In this document: piece by piece, positions 1 to 8,151 of the stretch
Position numbering within the stretch: the stretch's first letter is position 1
Layout: every line of letters begins with the position of its first letter
Source: Candidatus Eiseniibacteriota bacterium
GTDB taxonomy: Bacteria; Eisenbacteria; RBG-16-71-46; CAVPCR01
NCBI GenBank assembly: GCA_963702435.1
Contig: CAVPCR010000005.1
Span: 64,001 to 128,000 of the forward strand
Length of the DNA: 64,000 bases
Direction: 5' to 3'
Notes under the pieces: model-generated
What the model was told of the DNA's origin: nothing
The model's database searches: none
Seen by the model: only the letters and a program-made list of their open reading frames with translations
Position numbers and translations under genes: made by a program

Positions 1-745
1 TGCTCACGCTCTTGCCGTACACGCCGAGCGAGGACTGGGACTCGCCATAGACGCCGACCCAGTTGCCCGTGTGCACGCCGACGATCGCCGCCTCGGCGCT
101 CGAGGTGGCGGAGAGCTTCCCGGCCGGAGCCGTGGTCCCCACGCCCACCCTGCCGCCGGGCGAGTTGAGGATCAAGTTCTTTGGGGTCAGGGTGTCGTAG
201 TCGTATGCGAAGACAAAGCCCATGGCGGCAGAGCCTTCGATGAACACGCCCTTGCCGCTGGCGAACGGGCTGGAGCCGCCCGTGATCCCCACGCCACCGC
301 CGGAATAGGTGAGATCGTGTCCGTCCGCCCCCGTGGCCCACTGGCTGGCACCACCGTTCTGTGAAAACAGAGCGTGCGGGCTCGGCGTCAGGGCCTGGCG
401 CGGAGACAGGGTGGTGTATGTCGGTTCCCCGCCGCACTTGACCGCGATCTCGAGCCAGCGCGCCTCGCCAGCGAACGCACCCGCGCCGAAGTCGAGCTGC
501 GTCGTGAAGGTGCCGTCGGTGATGGCGAGCCCGGACACGGTGAGGACGGTGCCGATCCGGGTGCCGCCGGTGACGGCGTCCCAGAGACCGAACTGGAACG
601 AGCACGTGTCGTTCGCCGGCACTCCCAGCTGATCGAGGCGCCCCTGGTAGGTGAATGCGGTCCCCAGCGGGGCGGCCGGCGACGCGAGCGGCTGCAAGAG
701 GCTGACCACGGCCAGCGCGGCCATGATCACAAATCGTATCTTCAT
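1..745 (-). CDS. Secreted protein, FTYQGRL-type N-terminus with beta-rich GVYG repeats (adhesin/tail-fibre-like); runs off the window edge
   Basis: Not in the ORF track; translated by hand. ATG at 745 with upstream GGGAG. MKIRFVIMAALAVVSLLQPLASPAAPLGTAFTYQGRL...LDFGAGAFAGEARWLEIAVKC...GRVGVGTTAP...GVYGES..GVYGKS; the frame stays open to position 1. Confidence 0.75.
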   Translation of the reverse strand, partial: MKIRFVIMAALAVVSLLQPLASPAAPLGTAFTYQGRLDQLGVPANDTCSFQFGLWDAVTGGTRIGTVLTVSGLAITDGTFTTQLDFGAGAFAGEARWLEIAVKCGGEPTYTTLSPRQALTPSPHALFSQNGGASQWATGADGHDLTYSGGGVGITGGSSPFASGKGVFIEGSAAMGFVFAYDYDTLTPKNLILNSPGGRVGVGTTAPAGKLSATSSAEAAIVGVHTGNWVGVYGESQSSLGVYGKSVS

Positions 746-783
746 GAAGAATCTCCCTGTTTCCAAGCGGGCCCACCGGGCAG

Positions 784-805
784 GGGACCCGAGAGAGCGG
801 GTCCC
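784..805. other. GC-rich hairpin between the kinase gene and the secreted-protein gene
   Basis: GGGACCCG-agagag-CGGGTCCC, a perfect 8-bp stem; no clear U-tract. Confidence 0.35.
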
Positions 806-914
806 TGACAGTTGCTACAACCGTTCCGCCGGGGGGGCGTAACAGGGAAAGTGGCGGGTGGGCGTGAATCGTGGGGGACGACACCGGAACGGCGAGGGCA
901 CCCGGACCCAGGGC

Positions 915-3900
915 TCAGCCGGCCGCCCCGCCAGAACGGGGCAGACTGTCAAGGTTCGCGCGGGCGATTGCTTCCGTGCGCCGGTCTCCCACCTCCCGGT
1001 GAATGGCCAGCGCCGCCTCGTGATGGGCACGGGCTTCTTCCACGCTGCCCTGCTGGGCAAGCAACATCCCGAGGTTGCCGAGCACGATGCCCTCGTGGCG
1101 CCGATTGCCCACCTCGCGATCGATGGCCAGCGCCGCCTCGAAGTGGGTGCGCGCCTCGTCCATCCGCCCCTCCTCGGCGTGGACGATGCCGAGGTTGCCG
1201 AGGAAGAGGCCGGCGCTCCGCCGGTTGCCCACCTCCCGGTGAATGGCCAGCGCCGCCTCGTAAAGAGTGCGCGCCTCGTCCCGTCGCCCCTGCATCATGC
1301 GAATGATCCCCAGGTTGCCGAGGATATCGCCCTCGTGGCGCCGGTTGCCCACCTCACGATCGATGGCGAGGGCTGCGTCGTAGCGGGCCAGCGCCTCATC
1401 CATTCGTTCTCGCTCGTAGCTCAAGACACCCAGGTAACCGAGCGTGGACCCCTCGCGGCGCCTGTTCCCAGTTTCGCGGTGGATGAGGAGGGCCGCCTCC
1501 GCCTGGGACTGGGCCTCGGCAAGACGACCCTGCTCGCGGTCCAGGACGGTGAGTCCGTCGAGGATGACGCCTTCCGAGCGGCGATCGTCCCGTTCCCGGG
1601 CCAGGGCTAGCGCCATGCCATAGTGAGCCCGTGACGCCTCGAGCCGCCCGGAGTAGCTCTCCGCCTGCGCGAGGGTGAGGAGGACCGCCGCGCGATCGGC
1701 GTCGCTCTGCGGAACAGCCAGGAGCTCCTGTCCGACTTCGATGGCAGGTGCGAAAGGTCCACGCAACCCGAGCACCTCCCAGGTCGCGCGATAGGTCGCC
1801 GATGCCGTCGTTCCATCCCCTCGCGCCGCCGCCCGCCGACATGCCGCGCGCAGGTTCTCGATCTCCCGTCCAAGCTTCCGGCGCCGCTCGACACCCTCGC
1901 GCCCATAGAGAGCCTCGATCTCCTCGTCGGTCCCGTAGCGCGCATACCACCGGCCGTGACGCTCCTCGGCCGCGAGCGCCGCGGCCGCGCCGCTCCCTCC
2001 ATCCGGGATCGCACCCTCCTCCGCGAGCTTCTCGCGCGCGTACTCCTGCAGACTCACGAGCATCCCGAAGCACACCTCGTGCTGTCCCGCGCCCGCTTCC
2101 CGCTCCAGGGTCCACGTCCTGAGTAGGCTCTTGTCGACGAGCGACTGCACCACGTCGACGAACCAGGGCGCCTCGTCCCACGTACCCGAATCCAGCACGC
2201 CCTCCGCGGCCTCGAGCGTGAAGCCGCCTTCGAACACGGCGCACTGCGCCCACGCCGCCTTCTCCCAGGGCGAGAGAAGCTCCCACGAGTCATCGATCGC
2301 GGCCCGGAGGGTCGAGTGCCGCCCGCCTCCCGGTCCGCCCAGCACCCGGAATCGATCCCGCATCCGGCCGACCATCTGCCCCGCCGTCATCACCCGCATG
2401 CGCGCGGCCGCGAGCTCGATCGCAAGCGGCATCCCCTCCACGAGCCCCACCACGTCCCGCACGGCATCGGCTTCCGGACCCTCGGGCTCGAATCCCGGAT
2501 TCTGTCGTCGCGCCCGCTCGACGAACAGCTCCATCCCGGGCTCGATCGAGAGCGGCTCCACCCTTTGCACGTCTTCGCCGTCGAGATTCAGCCGCTCCCG
2601 GCTCGTCACGATGAACCGCGCCTCGGCCGCGCGCGTGATCCATCGCGCCACGGTCTCTTCCGCTCGCGCCACGATCTGCTCGAAGTTGTCAAGGATGAAG
2701 AGACTCCGCCCGCGGGCGGCGATGGCGTGACCGAGCTGCTCCACCGGGTCTCCCATGCCGAGCGGCACGCCGAGCGACTCCGCCACCGCCAGGGCGATGC
2801 CCGCGAGGCTCCTCGCCTCCGTCAGATCGCAGAACCACACTCCTCCCGGCCATTCCTCGAGATTCTGCCAGCCGTGATGCACGACGAGCCGCGTCTTTCC
2901 CATTCCACCCGCACCCGTCACGGTCACCAGGCGCTCACCCCGGTCGAGCCGGTCCCCGAGCTCTCCGAGCTCCTTCTCCCGTCCCACGAAGGCGTCCATC
3001 TCCCCCGGCAACCGGTGCGGTACGCCGATGGCGGCTCGCGCGTGCGCGGTGGTTGACCCGACGCACTGAACCAGTGCCGGCACGACGTCCTCGGCCGTCA
3101 CGAATCGATCGGCGGGATCGGGAGCCAGCGCGCGATCGAGCACGCGGGCGAAGGCGATGGGGAGGCTCGGGACGAGGTCCCGCGCTCGCCGTGCTTCGCC
3201 CCGCTCGTGCTTCGCGAGGAGCTCGGAGAAGCTCGACGCCTCCACCGGCAGATGGCCGGTGACGAGCGCGAAGAGCACGACGCCGAGCGAGTAGAGGTCG
3301 GAACGGGTGCCCTCCCGGCCTCCCTTGAGCACCTCCGGCGCCATGAAGAGAGGGGTTCCGGAACGCGTGCGGGATCGCTTCCTGCGACCGCCGGGTTCCG
3401 CCTCGCGTCCGAGCCCGAAGTCCGTGAGCACGATTCGCCCGCCCGCCACCCGCATCACGTTCGAGAGCTTCACGTCCCGGTGCGCAATTCCCGCGGCGTG
3501 CACCGCCGCGAGTGCCCGGGAAATGTCGATGCCGATGAGCGCGGCGGCGCGCGGATCGAGGGCGCCGCGCTCCTTGCTGATCCGATCGAGCGTCTCCCCG
3601 CTCAGGTACTCCATCCAGATTCCGACCCGCCCGTCGATCCGATCGGCTCCATACACCGTCACCACGTTCGGATGGTTGATCCGCGCGAGCAGGCGCGCCT
3701 CCCGCACCGCCTCGCCCTCCACCAGCGGATCGGGGGAGTCGCGCACGAGCATCTTCAGGGCGACCTCGCGGTCGAGCCGCACATCGCGGGCGCGATAGAC
3801 ATCCCCGAAGGCGCCGCGCCCGATGCGTTCGATGATCTCGAGCTGGCCCCAGCGGGAGCCGGGAGCCAGCTCTTGCGGCGGCGCTCCGCGCTCGGCGACG

Positions 3901-4115
3901 CTTCCTGCCGACCGGAGGCTGGCTGATAGATCCTCGCCCACCTCATCGGACTGGATGATGTGGTGAAGGGCCGCCATCGCCGCCACGTTCTGGAGCTGCT
4001 GCAGGGCCCTGCGCTCCTCTTCCGTGCTCGCAGCGTGCTCCTCGGCATCCCAGTTGATGGGATGGTCGCGGGCCAGGCGGGCGGCCAGACGGCGCAATCG
4101 ATCGTGTTCAGGCAT
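915..4115 (-). CDS. Ser/Thr protein kinase - STAND/NB-ARC-like ATPase - TPR repeat protein
   Basis: Kinase motifs IGRGAFG, VALK, HRDVKLSN, DFG and APE; Walker A GAGGMGKT; Walker B FILDNFE; GMPLAIELAA; C-terminal 40-aa TPR repeats. Confidence 0.93.
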   Translation of the reverse strand: MPEHDRLRRLAARLARDHPINWDAEEHAASTEEERRALQQLQNVAAMAALHHIIQSDEVGEDLSASLRSAGSVAERGAPPQELAPGSRWGQLEIIERIGRGAFGDVYRARDVRLDREVALKMLVRDSPDPLVEGEAVREARLLARINHPNVVTVYGADRIDGRVGIWMEYLSGETLDRISKERGALDPRAAALIGIDISRALAAVHAAGIAHRDVKLSNVMRVAGGRIVLTDFGLGREAEPGGRRKRSRTRSGTPLFMAPEVLKGGREGTRSDLYSLGVVLFALVTGHLPVEASSFSELLAKHERGEARRARDLVPSLPIAFARVLDRALAPDPADRFVTAEDVVPALVQCVGSTTAHARAAIGVPHRLPGEMDAFVGREKELGELGDRLDRGERLVTVTGAGGMGKTRLVVHHGWQNLEEWPGGVWFCDLTEARSLAGIALAVAESLGVPLGMGDPVEQLGHAIAARGRSLFILDNFEQIVARAEETVARWITRAAEARFIVTSRERLNLDGEDVQRVEPLSIEPGMELFVERARRQNPGFEPEGPEADAVRDVVGLVEGMPLAIELAAARMRVMTAGQMVGRMRDRFRVLGGPGGGRHSTLRAAIDDSWELLSPWEKAAWAQCAVFEGGFTLEAAEGVLDSGTWDEAPWFVDVVQSLVDKSLLRTWTLEREAGAGQHEVCFGMLVSLQEYAREKLAEEGAIPDGGSGAAAALAAEERHGRWYARYGTDEEIEALYGREGVERRRKLGREIENLRAACRRAAARGDGTTASATYRATWEVLGLRGPFAPAIEVGQELLAVPQSDADRAAVLLTLAQAESYSGRLEASRAHYGMALALARERDDRRSEGVILDGLTVLDREQGRLAEAQSQAEAALLIHRETGNRRREGSTLGYLGVLSYERERMDEALARYDAALAIDREVGNRRHEGDILGNLGIIRMMQGRRDEARTLYEAALAIHREVGNRRSAGLFLGNLGIVHAEEGRMDEARTHFEAALAIDREVGNRRHEGIVLGNLGMLLAQQGSVEEARAHHEAALAIHREVGDRRTEAIARANLDSLPRSGGAAG
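950..1500. repeat. 120-bp periodic DNA repeats encoding TPR units
   Basis: Unit gccggt.gcccacctc.cg..gatggc.agcgccgcctcg recurs near 980, 1100, 1220 and 1340; 988-1021 and 1228-1261 are identical over 34 bp. Confidence 0.85.
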
Positions 4116-4731
4116 CGACGGCCTGGCGTGACATCTCGTGGGCGAGGCGGTAGAGGGCGCGCGAGACCGCCATCCGTGCGGCAGTGATCGTCGGCTTGCC
4201 GAGGCCGCGCGCGATCTCCGGGTAGGGCAGATCGAGCTCGATCTTCAGATGGATGGCTTCGCGATCGTTCGGGCGGAGGCGGCTAAGGGCGTGCTCGTAG
4301 CGATCGAGCGCTTCCCGGCCGATCACCTGCTCGATGGGAGAAGGCCCGGTCCCGGCGATGCCGCTGTCCAGAACGACCTGCTCTCCGCGCTGGCTGGCGC
4401 GCTTCGCCAGCGATCGGATCCGGTTCAGGATGGCGGCGCGGAAGTAGGCCTGCAGAGCGCCGTCGTGCTGGGGCGAGAAGTCCTTGAGGCGGCCCAGGGC
4501 CGCCAGCATCGTGTCCTGCACGAGATCGCCGGTATCGCGGAGGTCGCGGGCCCCGGCCGGGAGCCGGCCCCGGGCCCATCGCTCGAGGCGCGGCCAGTAG
4601 CGCCGGATCAGCTCCTCCTGCGCCGCGGCCTCCCCTTGTTGCATCCGCTCGAGGAGGACCAGGGTTGGCATGCTCGCGCCAAGCTCCTGCCGGCTGGCAG
4701 GTGGACTCCGGTCGATCGCTTCATCGTTCAT
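4108..4731 (-). CDS. ECF-type RNA polymerase sigma factor, overlapping the kinase start
   Basis: Region 2 DLVQDTMLAAL...YFRAAILNRIRS; region 4 LSRLRPNDREAI...YPEIARGLG...ARMAVSRAL. Start uncertain (4761, 4731 or 4671). Confidence 0.9.
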   Translation of the reverse strand: MNDEAIDRSPPASRQELGASMPTLVLLERMQQGEAAAQEELIRRYWPRLERWARGRLPAGARDLRDTGDLVQDTMLAALGRLKDFSPQHDGALQAYFRAAILNRIRSLAKRASQRGEQVVLDSGIAGTGPSPIEQVIGREALDRYEHALSRLRPNDREAIHLKIELDLPYPEIARGLGKPTITAARMAVSRALYRLAHEMSRQAVDA

Positions 4732-5031
4732 CAGGAGTACGGGAGCCGCCTCCGACGGCACGAACCTACTGCCTGGCCAACTCCATGCAGCGGTTCACCC
4801 GCGAGGGTGGTCGACACGGGATGCGAGCATGGCCACGCCGAGTGACAAGAACGGGCAGGCCCCGGGTCACCAGGGACGATGCGCCGTAGCCTCCAGAAGA
4901 CCGGGATTGCAGGACCTGCGAGACCCCCCGCGGGGGCCTGCGGGGCAAGATCGAGCGTGAAACGAGACCGATAGAGGCTAAACGCAGTGGCGAGCAACGT
5001 CAACAACAATTGATGGTATCACTGCACGTGC

Positions 5032-5136
5032 TCACAGGTCCGGGTCACCAGGCTCTGAGGAACGGGGAGCCGGGAGCTCGAAGGCGATCTCGGTGTTCGC
5101 GCTGAACGGGTTCGGCGCGCCCGGGCCGAGCGCGGC
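5032..5136 (-). pseudogene. Orphan fragment of a C-terminal sorting (FlgD-Ig/T9SS-type) domain
   Basis: Reads AALGPGAPNPFSANTEIAFELPAP just downstream of the stop of the 5154-6896 gene, in another frame, then degenerates. Confidence 0.45.
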
Positions 5137-5153
5137 GCTGCGTTCACTGAAGT

Positions 5154-6896
5154 TCAGTCGAGCATCACGACGCGCCGGACCGCCGTCTCCGTCCCCGTTT
5201 CGATGCGCACGAAGTAGATGCCCGCGGGTACGCGTTCGCGCGCGGCACCGTCGCGGCCGTCCCAGCGGAGAACGCTCCGCCCCGCGGGGAGTGCCCGGTC
5301 CGTAGCAAGCGTCCCGGCGAGGCGGCCGCTGACATCGTAGACGCGCGCGGTGACGGCGCGGGCCGCGGGAAGATCGAGACGCAGGAGGACGGCGCCGGCG
5401 CTCGGATTCGGCTCGGGCCCCGACACGCGGAAGGAGATCGCCTCCGGCGCCGCGGGCGCATCGGGATCCGCCACGGACACCACCTCGCCCGCACCGCTCA
5501 CGCGCTGCGCGTAGATGTCCGCCGACGCCCCGCGACGGTCGGTCCAGGCGACGATCGCGCCGCCGGTCGAATCGGGAACCGCGACGATCTCGCTCTGCTG
5601 GCCGCTCGCAAGACAGATCGAGACACCTCCCGGGTTCCACTGCGCGGCCCCGTTCGCATCCATCTTCTGCGTGAAGACGTCCCCGTTCGAGCTCACGCGG
5701 GAGTCAGCCCAGGCGAGGACCGCCGACCCGGACCCGCCGTTGACGAGAGTGGGGCCGAAACCTCTCCCCTCGTTGCTCGCGGGCACCCCGTCGGGCGCCC
5801 AGAGCCGGGCGCCGCCGGGATCCATACGCTGCATATAGACCCTCGAATTGAAGAAGTCGCGCGTGTCGCGCCATGCGACGAGGACGCCACCGGCCTCGTC
5901 GGAGATCACGACCGGACCGAGCTGGTTGCCGGCGAAGTCGCAGACCGGGACGCCATCGGGCGCCCAGACGACGGCGTTGTTCGCAACCTTCTGCGCGTAG
6001 AGGTCATAGGTCCGGGACTGGCCTCGCCCGTCCTCCCAGACGATGACGGCGCTCGCCGATCCGGTGAAGAGAATGCGCGGCGCCCGTTGCTCGACGAGTC
6101 CTGTGGCAACAAAGACGCCGTTCGTGATCCACTGCTCCTGTCCCGCCGCATTCAAGCGCTGAGCGTGGATGTCGCCGTCTCCGGTCCTCTCATCCCGCCA
6201 GGCGAGGATGGCCCCGCGCGGTTGGGCGAGCGTTGTGCCGACTCCATCGGTGACCATGGCGACGTCTTCCTGGATCCCGGTGAGGACGCAGACGCCGACG
6301 CCGCCGGCCTGCCAGCGCAGGTTTCCCGCCGAGTCGATCGCCTGCGCGTAGATGTCGGTGTCGGTACCGAGGCGACCATCGGTCCAGGCGATGATGGCGC
6401 CCGGCGCCTGCACGAGCGGCTGCCGGAAGTCGGAGATGATCGCGAGATCGTCCTGCACGCCCGCTGCCGCGCAGACCGCGACCCCGTCGGATACCCACTG
6501 CCGCGCGCCGCTCGCATCGAGGCGCTGGGCGCAGACATCGAAGTTGCTGGCGTCGATCTCCTGGACCCAGGCGATGATCACGCCGCCCACCGCGTCGCCG
6601 ACGGCGACCGGCTTCCGCTGATTCCCGGGCCTGGTCGCCACCTGGATGCCCCCCGCCGCCCACAGCGGGAGGCCGGAGCCGTTCAGTCGCTGCGCATAGA
6701 TGCGGGATGGCGTCGTGCGCCCGTCCTCCCAGACAACGAAGGCGCCGCCACCGGAGCGCACGAGAAACGGCGCCGTCTGGTCACCGGCGGCCGCACAGAC
6801 TGGGACTCCGTCGCGCAGCCAGTCGGCACGGGCAGGCGCGGCGGCGAGGATCATGAGCACGAACGCCGGAAGGACAAGGCCGGTAAGGCGATGCAT
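5154..6896 (-). CDS. Secreted beta-propeller-like protein (DIYAQR repeats) with C-terminal FlgD-Ig/T9SS-type domain
   Basis: Signal peptide MHRLTGLVLPAFVLMILAAAPARA; about 7 repeats GGAIVAW.D.R...DIYAQR; CTD PNPS...YDVSGR...WDGRD...AGIYF. Confidence 0.85.
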   Translation of the reverse strand: MHRLTGLVLPAFVLMILAAAPARADWLRDGVPVCAAAGDQTAPFLVRSGGGAFVVWEDGRTTPSRIYAQRLNGSGLPLWAAGGIQVATRPGNQRKPVAVGDAVGGVIIAWVQEIDASNFDVCAQRLDASGARQWVSDGVAVCAAAGVQDDLAIISDFRQPLVQAPGAIIAWTDGRLGTDTDIYAQAIDSAGNLRWQAGGVGVCVLTGIQEDVAMVTDGVGTTLAQPRGAILAWRDERTGDGDIHAQRLNAAGQEQWITNGVFVATGLVEQRAPRILFTGSASAVIVWEDGRGQSRTYDLYAQKVANNAVVWAPDGVPVCDFAGNQLGPVVISDEAGGVLVAWRDTRDFFNSRVYMQRMDPGGARLWAPDGVPASNEGRGFGPTLVNGGSGSAVLAWADSRVSSNGDVFTQKMDANGAAQWNPGGVSICLASGQQSEIVAVPDSTGGAIVAWTDRRGASADIYAQRVSGAGEVVSVADPDAPAAPEAISFRVSGPEPNPSAGAVLLRLDLPAARAVTARVYDVSGRLAGTLATDRALPAGRSVLRWDGRDGAARERVPAGIYFVRIETGTETAVRRVVMLD

Positions 6897-7053
6897 GCGA
6901 GGGTCTCCTGGAGGTGGCAAGCGACGCCGGATCACCGAGGGCCATGAGTCTATACGTCCGGACCCGCCCCACCGAACGGGACTCCGCACCTGGATCGCCG
7001 GTCTGGCCGTCCGGAGTGGTGCGCCCCCGCCGGCGGCTGCGGAGAACCCGTTT

Positions 7054-8151
7054 CTATCCTCGCCGGCGGCTCGGCGCCCGTGAGGAGGGTTCATCTGAAG
7101 CCTCCTGGCCACCGGCTGCCGCTGCCGCCCGCGACTGGCACGGGCCGCAGCGCATCGCGAGATCCGTCCCGACGGTGAGCATCCACTCCCCCGCTCCACA
7201 GCTGTCGCAGGCAATCGGCTCGAGCGCGGAAAGGACGGGATTCCACACGACCGCCACGTGCCGTTCCGCCGTCCGCCACTGGAACAAGTACGTCCCACGG
7301 AGCACCGGTATCATGACCCGCGCAACGGCCAGCGGCGCGAGGCGGGCGCGGAGCCGGTAGCGGTGCCCGAGGTCGAGCACCTTGCGCTCGTACTCCCGGC
7401 GGATCGCCGCCAGTCGCTCCCCGGTGACTGCTGCACTCCGATCCCTGCGGCCGCCGCCGACGAGCTCTCCAGCAAGCGAGGTGAAGTAAGCATGGAGGCG
7501 CTCGGCATCCCGCGCTCGCCGGCGCTCCATCGTGGCGACGAACGGCCTCAACCGCTCGCGCGCCGTGCGCTCTGCCTCGCGACATCCGGCGGCGAGAATG
7601 CCACCGTACTCGCTGCTCCCGCGCCCGGCGTCGTCGCCTCGCGCCGGGGCGAAGCGCAATCCGCGCGCCTCGATCGCGTCTGTGAGGCCGCGCACCGGCA
7701 CCCCCGTCGCCTCGTCGATCGCGACGGCGATGATCTCCTCATGGCTCTCCTCGCTCAGCGCCGACAGCCCGAAATGGAACAGCGAGTACGTGTGGACTGA
7801 TTGAGAGGTGGCCTCGTACAGGATCCGCACCTTGGTCTCGAAGCGATAGCGGGTGCGCGCCTCGCGCCCGAGATCGCGCCAGCTCGGCGCCGGGAGTTCG
7901 CATTCGGCACTCGAGACATCGCCACAGCCCTTGGCCACGGCCAGCACCTGTTCCAGATCCTGGGCACCATAGCCGACGGAGCGCGTGCCGGGGGCGGCCC
8001 GGCCGGGCTGCGCGACGAGCCGGGCCTCCGATTCCCAGCCGAGCATCGCGGCGAGGGAGTCCGGCAGCAACACGTCTGCGCCATCCGCGTTCACCTCGAC
8101 CACCGCGCCTTCGGCCTCGAGGACGGCGGCGGCAAACTCGAGCGGCCTCAT
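7054..8151 (-). CDS. YqhG-like protein (SNF2 helicase partner) with C-terminal Zn-finger
   Basis: 4-bp overlap with the helicase stop; coiled coil RDAERLHAYF; C-terminal CDSC...CGPC. Confidence 0.65.
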   Translation of the reverse strand: MRPLEFAAAVLEAEGAVVEVNADGADVLLPDSLAAMLGWESEARLVAQPGRAAPGTRSVGYGAQDLEQVLAVAKGCGDVSSAECELPAPSWRDLGREARTRYRFETKVRILYEATSQSVHTYSLFHFGLSALSEESHEEIIAVAIDEATGVPVRGLTDAIEARGLRFAPARGDDAGRGSSEYGGILAAGCREAERTARERLRPFVATMERRRARDAERLHAYFTSLAGELVGGGRRDRSAAVTGERLAAIRREYERKVLDLGHRYRLRARLAPLAVARVMIPVLRGTYLFQWRTAERHVAVVWNPVLSALEPIACDSCGAGEWMLTVGTDLAMRCGPCQSRAAAAAGGQEASDEPSSRAPSRRRG

